This document shows positions 16,291-24,390 of a stretch of 33,619 nt of DNA, piece after piece. The position numbers and the translations under genes are program-made. Below the pieces are notes generated by a model. The model was not told the origin of the DNA. It saw only the letters and a program-made list of their open reading frames with translations, and did not search any database. Origin of the DNA: a virus (Duplodnaviria; Caudoviricetes); the IMG/VR virus record IMGVR_UViG_3300020084_000052, positions 1 through 33,619 of that record; one strand, 5' to 3'. The first letter of the stretch is position 1; every line of letters begins with the position of its first letter.

Positions 16291-18101
16291 GCCGGCACCA
16301 GCGCGCGGCACCGGGCGACGATCGCCCGGAGGTGCCGCGGGTCGTGCGGCTCGGCGGCCTGCAGCAGCCCGCGGGTGTAGGTGTCCAACTCGCCGCGGAG
16401 CCGGTCAGCGTCCAGCCCGACCATGCCGGCGTCCTCGGCGAGGGTGTCCCAGGCGCCGGCCAGTTGCCGGTCCAGGTGCTCGGGGTCGACCGCGCGCCGG
16501 AGGTACCGGTCGCGGGCGGGCACGCTGCCCAGTTCCTCCCGGGCGGCGCGGTTGACCAGCATCCGGTTGCCGGCGAGCTCGAGCGCCCGCCGCACGGCCA
16601 GGTGCGCGGTCATGGTGGCGGCGTCGACCAGGGACGCGGCGGTGTCCTCGCCGGCGGGCAGGGCCGGCGGGCCGGTCTCCTCGCCGCCCTGGTCGTCGAC
16701 GTCGTCGGTGCCGCCGGCGGGCAGGGCCTCGGAGGTGACGACGATCGGCAGGGACGGCAGGGACTCGCCGCGCCAGAGCCGCATCAGCGGATCCATGAGG
16801 GCGGGCGCCGCGGCGGGGTTGGCCTCGGCGATCTTCTGCAGCATCCGGGCGGCCCGGTCCTCGGGGCTGGCCTGGTCGCCGGCGTCCAGGCCGAGGTAGC
16901 GGAGCAGGGCCGCGCCCTTGAGCTCGCCGGCGTCGTAGGCCTTCTGGGCGTTGGCCGACTGGTCGGGGCGGGTGGTCAGTTCCGAGGTGTCGAACCAGAG
17001 GCAGAACCGGGACGGGTCCAGGCCGTCGTCGACCAGGTTCGGCCGGTAGTACTCCGAGTTCAGGGCGGCCACGACGGTGGTCAACTTGGGCTCGACGTGC
17101 AGTTTCACCCCGGCCTCGTCGATCTGCCAGGCGCCCCAGTGGTTGATCCCGCCGAGACCGAGCAGGGCCTCGGGTTCCATGTCCATGCTCAGCGCCATGC
17201 GCCGGATCGCCTTCTCCCGCGCCTCCTGCACCTCGGTCTTGAGCTCGGTGTAGAAGTTGATCCACTGGATCGCCTGGGCGACGTTGTCGCCGGGCAGTTC
17301 CAGGATGATCGGGACGATCGCCGAGGCGTCCGACCGGTCTCCCAGCGGGGTAATCATGGCGTCGGTGAGCATCGCGGCCAGCGGCGAGAGCCCCGGGTAG
17401 CGCTTCCGCACCTCCTCGGGGACGTCGGGGAGGGTCACGCCCTTGGCGACGGCCAGGATGCCGGCGCCGGCGAGACGGGAGTCCAGGTCGGCGGCGACCC
17501 GCTGGGACAGTTGCTCGAGCTCGGCGAGCACGGGGAGCACCGAGCGGGTCGGGGAGTAGGCCTCCCAGCGCTTCCGCGGGTGCGACTGCCAGACCCGGAT
17601 CAGCACCGTGCGGTCCAGGTCCAGCGGGCGCTTCCCCTCGCCCTGGTCCAGGGTCCAGCGCTTGTTCAGGTACCGCAGTTCGGTGGTGCTCGCCGTCGTC
17701 CACTGGTCGGGGCCGCCGGCCTCGGGCGTCTCCCCGAGGACGTACAGGTCGCCGGGGATGGTCAAGTGGGTGCCGATGCTCCCGAGGATCTGGGCGGCGT
17801 GCGCTGGCCCGCCGAGCAGCCCGTCGGCGGCGGCGATCGCCCGCTTGTCCTCGGTCGGTCCGGCGGGTTTCCCGTCGACGACGTCGGCGACGTAGATCGT
17901 CGCGCGGCTCAGGGAGTTGCCCATCCAGCCGGCCGAGTAGGCGAGCTCGCCGCAGAGGTCGAAGTGCCGCCAGGCCTCCTCCTGCCAGTCCTGCTGGATC
18001 GCCGCCGAGGGCTTCCGGTCCAGCGGGATACGGGCGGCCGAGGACACCAGGCCCGTGACCTTGGGCGGTGCCGACGGGGGGGCGCTGGTCGCACGGGCCA
18101 C
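16287..18101 (-). CDS. Portal protein, 604 aa
   Basis: WQEEAW, RVWQSHP, SRLAGAGIL, VPIILE and NHWGAWQI motifs of cluster-B-like portals; GGAGG RBS. Confidence 0.9.
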   Translation of the reverse strand: MARATSAPPSAPPKVTGLVSSAARIPLDRKPSAAIQQDWQEEAWRHFDLCGELAYSAGWMGNSLSRATIYVADVVDGKPAGPTEDKRAIAAADGLLGGPAHAAQILGSIGTHLTIPGDLYVLGETPEAGGPDQWTTASTTELRYLNKRWTLDQGEGKRPLDLDRTVLIRVWQSHPRKRWEAYSPTRSVLPVLAELEQLSQRVAADLDSRLAGAGILAVAKGVTLPDVPEEVRKRYPGLSPLAAMLTDAMITPLGDRSDASAIVPIILELPGDNVAQAIQWINFYTELKTEVQEAREKAIRRMALSMDMEPEALLGLGGINHWGAWQIDEAGVKLHVEPKLTTVVAALNSEYYRPNLVDDGLDPSRFCLWFDTSELTTRPDQSANAQKAYDAGELKGAALLRYLGLDAGDQASPEDRAARMLQKIAEANPAAAPALMDPLMRLWRGESLPSLPIVVTSEALPAGGTDDVDDQGGEETGPPALPAGEDTAASLVDAATMTAHLAVRRALELAGNRMLVNRAAREELGSVPARDRYLRRAVDPEHLDRQLAGAWDTLAEDAGMVGLDADRLRGELDTYTRGLLQAAEPHDPRHLRAIVARCRALVPA

Positions 18102-18105
18102 GGGG

Positions 18106-18441
18106 TCAGTCCTCCGGCTCGAGGGCCACTAGCAGCCCCGTGAGGTGTGAGTAGGCGAGGGCGAGCGCCGAGCCGAGGGCGACGACGTCCCAGCCGTCGA
18201 CCAGCAGCAGCGACACCAGGAAGGCGGCGGGGACGGCGATCCACACCGAGACGCACCAGCGGCAGTGGACCAGGTAGCCGGGCAGGGACAGGCCGTCGGG
18301 GTCGTCCGGGGGCGCCGGCCAGCGGCGGAGCACGGCGAGCCGGAGCGGGAGGCCGATCCGGTCCGTGGTCACCAGCCGGGTGATCCGCGCGGTGGCGAGC
18401 AGGCCGAGGGCGAGAACACCGAGAGCGACGACAGGTGACAC
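18106..18441 (-). CDS. DUF1360-like membrane protein, 111 aa
   Basis: LATARITRLVTTD...LVHCRWCVSVW motif; immediately upstream of the portal. Confidence 0.75.
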   Translation of the reverse strand: MSPVVALGVLALGLLATARITRLVTTDRIGLPLRLAVLRRWPAPPDDPDGLSLPGYLVHCRWCVSVWIAVPAAFLVSLLLVDGWDVVALGSALALAYSHLTGLLVALEPED

Positions 18442-18448
18442 GCCGCAG

Positions 18449-18454
18449 AGGGTA
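18449..18454 (-). promoter_or_regulatory. Putative -10 box (TACCCT) for a leaderless head-operon transcript
   Basis: Seven nt upstream of GTG 18441, with no SD. The TACCCTCTGC context is identical to the capsid promoter. Confidence 0.55.
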
Positions 18455-18505
18455 TCCGGGCCTGCCGTCGTCGGCGTGGTACGCGCCGAGGCCCGGCGGG
18501 GCGCG

Positions 18506-18706
18506 CTAGGTCTGGGCCAGGAACAGGACGACGGCCGCGGCCAGCGTGGGGACGGTGAGCAGCACGCCGCCGGCGAACCATGCCGAGGCGCGTCGGGAGG
18601 GGCAGAGCGGGCCGAGGACGCGCCAGAGCACCAGGCCGGCGAGGACGACCAGCGCGCCGGCGATCAGCACCAGCCGCCAGACGTCGACGTCGGCGACGCC
18701 GGTCAC
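18506..18706 (-). CDS. Small 2-TM membrane protein, 66 aa
   Basis: GTGA overlap; two hydrophobic helices. Confidence 0.65.
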   Translation of the reverse strand: MTGVADVDVWRLVLIAGALVVLAGLVLWRVLGPLCPSRRASAWFAGGVLLTVPTLAAAVVLFLAQT

Positions 18707-19020
18707 TCGATCGCCAGTTGGCCGGGCCCGGCGATCGGTGCCGGCTTCCGGGGCGGGGGCTCGGGCCGCGGCTCGTACTGCCAGCAGGTCGCGTGCTCGG
18801 CGCCGCCGTCGAAGTCCAGGGCCTCGATCGGCTTGTCGGGGTCGGTGACGATCGCCAGCAGCACCGAGCAGGACGCGCCGGGGCCGATCTTCCGCCACTC
18901 GGGGGAGCCCTTCCGGGCGCCGTGCTGGCAGCCGTGGCCGCGGGAGCAGTTCCACTCCTCGACGTGCTCGATCGCGTCGTGCGCGTAGCCCCAGGGGCCG
19001 TCCAGCGGGCGGAAGGCCAC
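18703..19020 (-). CDS. Hypothetical Cys-containing protein, 105 aa
   Basis: Tightly packed in the operon; four Cys. Confidence 0.6.
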   Translation of the reverse strand: MAFRPLDGPWGYAHDAIEHVEEWNCSRGHGCQHGARKGSPEWRKIGPGASCSVLLAIVTDPDKPIEALDFDGGAEHATCWQYEPRPEPPPRKPAPIAGPGQLAIE

Positions 19021-19023
19021 CGG

Positions 19024-19200
19024 TCAGCCCGCCGGCTTGCCGAGCACGGTCCAGCACCGCCGGGCGTGGGTGCAGCGCTCGACCCCGTCGGAGTACTCCA
19101 CGCCGTGCAGCGGGTGAGGGATCCGCACCGCCGCGGCCAGCCGCGCGGCCTCGGGGTCGCGCCGCCGGCGGTCGGCGTCGTACAGGTCGGCGAGCGTCAC
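19024..19200 (-). CDS. Hypothetical protein, 58 aa (MTLADLYDADRRRRDPEAARL...)
   Basis: Not in the ORF track; GTGA-coupled to the MTase stop and fills the gap exactly. Confidence 0.55.
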   Translation of the reverse strand: MTLADLYDADRRRRDPEAARLAAAVRIPHPLHGVEYSDGVERCTHARRCWTVLGKPAG

Positions 19201-20408
19201 AGCAGCACGCCCTGGATCGGCTTGGACAGGCGGCCGACGATCAGCGGCAGGTAGGCGGCTTCCCGCTCAATCGTGAGGCACCGGAAGCCCTCGACGACGC
19301 ACGCCTCGGCCGTCGTCCCCGAGCCGGCGAACGGGTCCAGCACTAGGCCGCCCGGCGGGGTGACCAGCCGGACGATCCACCGCATGAGGTCTAGCGGCTT
19401 GACCGTGGGGTGCGCGGTGTCGCCGTCCCGCGGGCGCTCGGAGGTCGGGGCCTTGGCCTCCCACCGGAAGGTCGGGAAGTACCGGGAGGCGCCGCCGGGC
19501 TCGAAGTCCCGGCGCTCGCCCTCGGTGCCCGTCTGCTGGCCGCCGTAGCCGATGCCCTGCCGGCGGGCCGGAGCGGCTCCAGCGCGCCGCACGCCCGTCT
19601 CGGCGTCCAACTGCTCGGCGGCCTCCTCGGCGAGCACGACGTTGGTCGGCCAGCGGCCGAGGTCGTGGGCCTGGGCCTGCCGGAGCGGTATCGGGTTGGC
19701 CGACAGGTTCAGCGACGCCCCGGGCGCGCGGACGTAGGCGGCGACGTCCATCCCGGCGTGCTTGGCGTCGATCGCCGCGCGGTCGGTCTCGGAGATCGGC
19801 ACCCGGCACCCGTCGACGTTCAGGGCGCCGGTGCGGTGCTCGGTGACGTTGGCGGCGACCGTGCCGGTGAGGGCCTTCCGGGCGACGACGATCGGCTCGA
19901 ACGCGGGCTTCAGCGCGGTGCCCCAGCCGGCCCACTCCTCCGAGCCGGTGGCGCGCTCGACGTCCAGCGACTTGGGGAAGCCCTGCCCGTACAGCCAGGC
20001 GATGCTGTCCCGGATCTCAAACCCGGCGTCCTCGACGGCGACGGCGAGGCGGTGCCACGTCCTCGACGACCCGAACGTCACCAGGTGGCCGCCGGGGCGG
20101 AGTACTCGCAGGCACTCGGCGGCCCATCGGCCGGCCCAGGCCTGGAACGCGGCCGGGTCGTTCTCGGCGTAGCCGCGGGAGTGGGTGCCGCCGTAGGCGA
20201 GGCCACCGCCGGCGCGGGTCTCCTGGCCGGTCGCCAACTGGCCGAGCATCCCGCCGGGGCCGTCCCAGGCCTTGCCCATGAAGCCGATTCCGTAGGGCGG
20301 GTCGGTGACGACGGCGTCGACCGAGCCGGTCGGGATCTCGGGGAGCAGGTCCAGGGCGTCGCCGTGCAGGACGGTGACCGAGCCGTCCCGGTAGTGCGGG
20401 GCGGTCAT
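19197..20408 (-). CDS. DNA amino-methyltransferase (N6-adenine/N4-cytosine, beta class), 403 aa
   Basis: VVTDPPY, HPTVKP and LVLDPFAGSGTT in beta order; ATGA-coupled to the C5 MTase. Confidence 0.92.
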   Translation of the reverse strand: MTAPHYRDGSVTVLHGDALDLLPEIPTGSVDAVVTDPPYGIGFMGKAWDGPGGMLGQLATGQETRAGGGLAYGGTHSRGYAENDPAAFQAWAGRWAAECLRVLRPGGHLVTFGSSRTWHRLAVAVEDAGFEIRDSIAWLYGQGFPKSLDVERATGSEEWAGWGTALKPAFEPIVVARKALTGTVAANVTEHRTGALNVDGCRVPISETDRAAIDAKHAGMDVAAYVRAPGASLNLSANPIPLRQAQAHDLGRWPTNVVLAEEAAEQLDAETGVRRAGAAPARRQGIGYGGQQTGTEGERRDFEPGGASRYFPTFRWEAKAPTSERPRDGDTAHPTVKPLDLMRWIVRLVTPPGGLVLDPFAGSGTTAEACVVEGFRCLTIEREAAYLPLIVGRLSKPIQGVLL

Positions 20409-21916
20409 ACCGCACCGCTGAGCAGCACCCGGACAGCGGCGGCGGCCTGCTGGGGCACGACGCCGTTGCCGAGCATTCGCAGGGCCTCGCGCCGGTTGAG
20501 GCCGGGAACAGCAGTGACCCACCCCTCGGGGAGGCCCATCATCCACTCCACGAACTCGGGAGACAGGCGATGAGCGGGCGGGTTCCACAGCCCCCACACC
20601 GAGCCGCGGTGGCCGACGGGCTGGACACGGCTCCGGCGACGCCGGAGTGCAGCGGCGCGACGCCGCTGCCACCCCTCCCAGTCCTGCTCGGTCGGCGCCG
20701 GAGCGGGCCGGGTCATGGTCTCCCATCGTCTGACGGCGGTCTCGAACTCCCCCCACTGGACCCCTGCAACTCCTCCCAGGAGAACAGCTCCCGCGGCAGT
20801 TCCCCCCGGGCGATCTCCAGCGCCTGCTCCAGACTCGGAGCCGACCAGTGCTGCTGGGTGAGCGCCTTCCGCGACGTCCGGGCCGCCGCAGCTTTGGGCG
20901 TCGGCAACAGCGGGGCGTGCCTCGGATTCGGCCGGGTGCCCATTGCGGTCCGCTCGACCGCATCCGTCAGCGTCACGTCCGACGGTGACAATCCGCCCGA
21001 CGCCGCCGAGGCGATCGCCGTCGGCGTCGGAAGCAACGGGATGAGGGTCTCCAGTGACGGCCGCACCGATGCTCCTGAACTCGGGGACTGCTGTGTCCCG
21101 TACGGGACCGCCGTCGGCGTCGGCAGTAGCCGCTCGAGCGCGTCCGGCAGTCCGTCGTCCCCCGTCGTCCTCGGCTTCCCGTCGCGCTCCCGGCCGGGCC
21201 CGTTCTGCCGGCCCTTGTGGTCTCGCGCTACCGGTGTCGGCAGCAACGCTACGGCCGTCCTCAGGTTGTCCCCGCCGTCCCGACCCGACGAACCCGGCCC
21301 TCCGGCGCCGTCCGACGTCGTCGGCGTCGGCAGCAGGCCAGGCGACGACGAACACCCGGAAGCGGCCGTGAGGTGCGCCCACGTCGGCAGCGCGTAGGCC
21401 GATCCAGCGAGCGTCGTACCCGAGGTCGGCCAGGTCTCCGAGAACGGCTCCGAGTGCCCGCAGAGGGACGTGGTCGGGGTCTCCCACACACCACGGGCAG
21501 GATTCCAGCGAGCCACCGGCTTCGGCACTGAGCAGACCTCTCACGTTCTCGATCACGACAAGGGACGGGCGCAGCTGGTCGACGGCGTAGGCCATTCGCT
21601 CCCACAGCCCGGAGCGGGCGTCCAGCAGGCCGAGGCGTTTCCCGGCGAGGGAGAGGCCCTGGCAGGGAAACCCGCCGGTGAGGACGTCGACGCGGGGCAC
21701 GCCAGCCCAGTCGATCGCGGACACGTCGCCGAGGTTGGGCACGTCGGGGTGCCGGTAGGCGAGCAGGCGGGCGGCGGCTTGGGTGGGGCGCGGGTTCTTC
21801 TTGGTGGGCGGCTCGTACTCGGACACCCACACGGTGCGCCCGCCGGTGACCTCCTCGACAGCCATGTCTAGGCCGCCGTAGCCGGTGAACAGGGACCCGA
21901 TCCGGAGGCCGATCAC
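20405..21916 (-). CDS. DNA (cytosine-5)-methyltransferase, catalytic chain, 503 aa
   Basis: Motif I SLFTGYGGLD, IV GGFPCQ, VI IENV, VIII PHGRFRVF, IX/X VEWMMGLPEGWV...LGNGVVPQQA; GTG 21916 overlaps the upstream stop. Confidence 0.92.
   Translation of the reverse strand: MIGLRIGSLFTGYGGLDMAVEEVTGGRTVWVSEYEPPTKKNPRPTQAAARLLAYRHPDVPNLGDVSAIDWAGVPRVDVLTGGFPCQGLSLAGKRLGLLDARSGLWERMAYAVDQLRPSLVVIENVRGLLSAEAGGSLESCPWCVGDPDHVPLRALGAVLGDLADLGYDARWIGLRAADVGAPHGRFRVFVVAWPAADADDVGRRRRAGFVGSGRRGQPEDGRSVAADTGSARPQGPAERARPGARREAEDDGGRRTAGRARAATADADGGPVRDTAVPEFRSIGAAVTGDPHPVASDADGDRLGGVGRIVTVGRDADGCGRADRNGHPAESEARPAVADAQSCGGPDVAEGAHPAALVGSESGAGAGDRPGGTAAGAVLLGGVAGVQWGEFETAVRRWETMTRPAPAPTEQDWEGWQRRRAAALRRRRSRVQPVGHRGSVWGLWNPPAHRLSPEFVEWMMGLPEGWVTAVPGLNRREALRMLGNGVVPQQAAAAVRVLLSGAV
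20713..21528 (-). CDS. Nested +1-frame gene: putative target-recognition subunit of the C5 MTase with five LLPTP modules, 271 aa
   Basis: Own SD GAGAGGT at 21536-21542, 7 nt before GTG 21528; five LLPTP...L...[VL] repeats; the outer frame is featureless over the repeat span. Confidence 0.75.
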   Translation of the reverse strand: MPKPVARWNPARGVWETPTTSLCGHSEPFSETWPTSGTTLAGSAYALPTWAHLTAASGCSSSPGLLPTPTTSDGAGGPGSSGRDGGDNLRTAVALLPTPVARDHKGRQNGPGRERDGKPRTTGDDGLPDALERLLPTPTAVPYGTQQSPSSGASVRPSLETLIPLLPTPTAIASAASGGLSPSDVTLTDAVERTAMGTRPNPRHAPLLPTPKAAAARTSRKALTQQHWSAPSLEQALEIARGELPRELFSWEELQGSSGGSSRPPSDDGRP

Positions 21917-22101
21917 CGGCGGGTGAGGAACTGAACGGCGGCGTCGTCGATGTGGTGCTCGGCGGCGATCTGCTCGAACAGGTCCGTCTGGTCGCCGTCC
22001 TCGTCGGGGGTGACGGCCAGGCCGACGCCGGTCCAGGCGTCGCGCGGGACGGCGATCGCCAACTGGCGGCCGGTAGGGGTTGTGCGGGCGGTGCGGGGCA
22101 T
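21913..22101 (-). CDS. Hypothetical protein, 62 aa
   Basis: ATG 22101 with GGAGGAG RBS, downstream of the operator/promoter. Confidence 0.65.
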   Translation of the reverse strand: MPRTARTTPTGRQLAIAVPRDAWTGVGLAVTPDEDGDQTDLFEQIAAEHHIDDAAVQFLTRR

Positions 22102-22137
22102 GTCGGTCTCCTCCACGAGTCCGGGTTTTGCGTGCAG

Positions 22138-22150
22138 GTGAACAGTACAC
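22138..22150 (-). promoter_or_regulatory. Palindromic operator/-10 GTGTACTGTTCAC upstream of the MTase operon
   Basis: Matches GTGnACnGTnCAC and contains TACTGT. Confidence 0.65.
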
Positions 22151-22170
22151 GATCAGGGTCCCTGGCTGGG

Positions 22171-22926
22171 TCAGGGAGCGCGCTCGGCGTCGTCGTGCGG
22201 CACCAGCAGCGCGTCCAGGGCGGTGAGGCCGGCGTCGGTCACGACGTACGGGGCGCGCGCGCGGCGGCGGTGCGCCGGCTCCTCGATCCGCACGGCCCAG
22301 CCGCGGCGCTCGACCTTGGACAGGGACGCCGTCGCGGTGCCCATCGGCCACCCTGTCTCGGCGTCCAGTTCCAGGGAGGTGAGGCCGCGGTCCTGCTGGG
22401 CCGCCACCCGGGCCAGGGACTCGGAGACGCGGGACAGGCCGCGGTAGTCCGGCTCCTCGGTGACGCGCGCCGAGGCGATCCGGGCGGGGCGCTCGGAGCC
22501 GTCGGAGGACGTGACGGTGTCCGGGCCCTCCCAGCCGGACGCGCGGAGGCGGGCAACGTCGCCGGCGACCGTGCCCGGCGAGCACCCCAGCCGCTCGGCG
22601 ATCGGCCGGTTCGGCAAGCGGGAGGCCTTCATCGACGCCACCAGGTGCAGGCGCTCGGACGACGGGAGGGCGAGATCCCGGAGGTCGCCGAACTCGGCCT
22701 CGCAGTACTCGTGCCAGGTGGCGTAGCCCATGGCCAGGTGGGCGCCGCCCTCCCGGGCGCGGACCAGCTTCCGGATGCCCTGGCCGAGGTGTCCGCGGAT
22801 CTCCTCGGTCAGCCGGCGGGCCAGGCGCTCGGACAACTGGACGGCGGTGTAGCGGGTCAGGTCGGCGGGGCCGATCGTGACGCCGTCGGGAAGGGCGTCA
22901 CCGCCCCAGGTGGCGATCGCGGTCAT
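22171..22926 (-). CDS. DNA-binding protein with HTH plus C-terminal MarR-like winged HTH, 251 aa
   Basis: GYATWHEYCEAEF, NRPIAERLGCSPGTVAGDV (HTH) and LTSLELDAETGW...SLSKVERRGW...YVVTDAG (wHTH); GGAGGAG RBS. Confidence 0.8.
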   Translation of the reverse strand: MTAIATWGGDALPDGVTIGPADLTRYTAVQLSERLARRLTEEIRGHLGQGIRKLVRAREGGAHLAMGYATWHEYCEAEFGDLRDLALPSSERLHLVASMKASRLPNRPIAERLGCSPGTVAGDVARLRASGWEGPDTVTSSDGSERPARIASARVTEEPDYRGLSRVSESLARVAAQQDRGLTSLELDAETGWPMGTATASLSKVERRGWAVRIEEPAHRRRARAPYVVTDAGLTALDALLVPHDDAERAP

Positions 22927-22964
22927 GGTGGTCTCCTCCACAGAGCCGGGGTGGTGCGGGTGGG

Positions 22965-23114
22965 TCAGCGGTAGCGGCGGGCGATCAGGGCGGCGTTGCC
23001 GACGATGCCGCGGAGGTGCGCCGCGGCGGCGGTGTCGCCGCGGCGCTCGGCGCGGGCCAGGGCGGCGCGGGCCTGGGAGAGCTCGGCGGCGGCGGTGGCG
23101 GCGTTGTGGGCCAT
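22965..23114 (-). CDS. Small helical protein, 49 aa
   Basis: ATG 23114 with GAGGAG RBS, downstream of the promoter. Confidence 0.6.
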   Translation of the reverse strand: MAHNAATAAAELSQARAALARAERRGDTAAAAHLRGIVGNAALIARRYR

Positions 23115-23149
23115 GTTGGTCTCCTCGGTTCGGCGTCTTTCGCGTACAG

Positions 23150-23184
23150 GTGGACAGTACACCGGGGCGGGTCGTTGTGTGCAG
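23150..23184 (-). promoter_or_regulatory. Promoter (CTGCAC-N19-TACTGT) with operator GTGTACTGTCCAC
   Basis: Same architecture as 12286-12320. Confidence 0.7.
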
Positions 23185-23212
23185 GACACCAGCACGACGC
23201 GCCGGAAAGTGG

Positions 23213-23584
23213 TCAGGCGGTGCGGGCCCGGAACGGCAGGATCTCGGCGTCGACCTGGGCGAGTTCGGCGAGGACGTGCTCGAGCTCCTCGGCGGTCGGG
23301 ATCTCGCCGCGGGCGTCCAGCGCGTAGAGCTCGCGGTTGATCGCCTTGGTCGCCTTGCCGAGGGCGTCGCGCTGGCCGGCAACCTCGCCGAAGTGGTGCG
23401 CGGCGTCGGAGTAGGTCACCAGCACCAGCAGGGTCGGGGAGTCGAAGGGGTCGGCCGCGCCGGTGCCGGCGTCGGGGTAGACCCGGCCGGAGGTGAGGTC
23501 CAGGACGACGACGGCGGCGGGGTTGGCGAGGACGTAGTCGACGTCGTCGCGGGTCACCTTGGGGGCGGTGGCGGTGGTGGTCAT
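23213..23584 (-). CDS. Hypothetical protein, 123 aa
   Basis: ATG 23584, no SD; preceded by a degenerate operator copy at 23591-23603. Confidence 0.65.
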   Translation of the reverse strand: MTTTATAPKVTRDDVDYVLANPAAVVVLDLTSGRVYPDAGTGAADPFDSPTLLVLVTYSDAAHHFGEVAGQRDALGKATKAINRELYALDARGEIPTAEELEHVLAELAQVDAEILPFRARTA

Positions 23585-23767
23585 GTACCGGTGAACGGCA
23601 CGCTGCCCGGAACCTTGAGCCGGACGGCGGAGATCCCTCGGAGGAGTGAGAACCGGGCGCGCTGGGCGGTGGTCCGCCACCGGGGGCGGGGTTCCGCACG
23701 CTCACCGCGCGTGCGCCTACCGCCCTCGCCGGAGTCAGTCCGCGCCCGGCCGCGTGACCGTACGACA

Positions 23768-23799
23768 CCGGCCCCGCCCTCGGTGGAGGACGGGGCCGG
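23768..23799 (-). terminator. Intrinsic terminator-like hairpin ending the terL-downstream gene run
   Basis: Minus strand CCGGCCCCGTCCTC-cacc-GAGGGCGGGGCCGG followed by TGTCGT (14 bp, one G-U). Confidence 0.7.
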
Positions 23800-23881
23800 C
23801 GGGCGAGGTGCCCATCTCCTCGACGCGGGCGGGTAGATCGGACCGGGCGGCCACGGGGGTAGCCGCCCGGCGGGGGTGACG

Positions 23882-24028
23882 CTAGTCCCTCGGCGCGGAT
23901 CCGCGGGCGTCGGTGACGCGGTCGGCGTGCGGGCGCCGCGGCTTGCCGTTCAGCAGGGACCGGCACCGCTGGCCGGGCGGGGCCGTGCAGACCCGGCACC
24001 GGAGGTCCAGCGGGGAGAACGTCGTCAC
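23882..24028 (-). CDS. Small phage zinc-finger protein (CxxC-x7-C...H), 48 aa
   Basis: CRVCTAPPGQRC...PHADR; GTGA overlap. Confidence 0.7.
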   Translation of the reverse strand: MTTFSPLDLRCRVCTAPPGQRCRSLLNGKPRRPHADRVTDARGSAPRD

Positions 24029-24390
24029 GTCCGCCGAGCCTCCCAGGCTTCCGCGGCCCAGCGGCCGTGGGCGAGGTGGCGGGCGGCGGCCTCCTCGGGC
24101 GAGAGCAGCGACGCCGGCGGGATCACGACGTTGACGTGGACCCCGCCCATGGCCGCCAGCCGGGACACCGGCACCCGGTCGGCGCGGACCGGCTCGGGGT
24201 CGGCCAGGTACCGGGTCAGGTGGCGGACCAGCCAGCGGGCGACCGCTCGGGCGATCCACCGGTAGACCTCGACCAGGGCCTCGAGCAGCCGGCGCCGCTC
24301 ACAGAGCAGGCACCCGGGCCGGTAGGTGTGCCCCTCCCCGCAGCGGGTCAGGCAACCGGTGCCGGCCCACCAGCGGCGCGCGCGGTTCAC
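24025..24390 (-). CDS. Hypothetical protein with N-terminal Cys/His cluster, 121 aa
   Basis: GTGA overlaps at both ends. Confidence 0.55.
   Translation of the reverse strand: MNRARRWWAGTGCLTRCGEGHTYRPGCLLCERRRLLEALVEVYRWIARAVARWLVRHLTRYLADPEPVRADRVPVSRLAAMGGVHVNVVIPPASLLSPEEAAARHLAHGRWAAEAWEARRT

Noticed and set aside
8484-17703. Same-strand alternative-frame ORFs over capsid, MuF and portal (8484-10703, 12254-13351, 14018-15769, 16405-17703)
   Set aside because: Arg/Pro-rich off-frame readings with no SD, repeats or codon anomaly, unlike the nested ORF in the C5 MTase.
20570-21397. Plus-strand 275-aa Ser-rich ORF opposite the MTase overlap
   Set aside because: No RBS or motifs; best explained as a shadow of the doubly coded minus strand.
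21917-22585. Long N-terminal extensions given by the ORF track (C5 MTase, amino-MTase, adaptor, terS and others)
   Set aside because: Upstream in-frame starts overlap real neighbouring genes. Starts were reassigned to RBS-supported or stop-overlapping codons.
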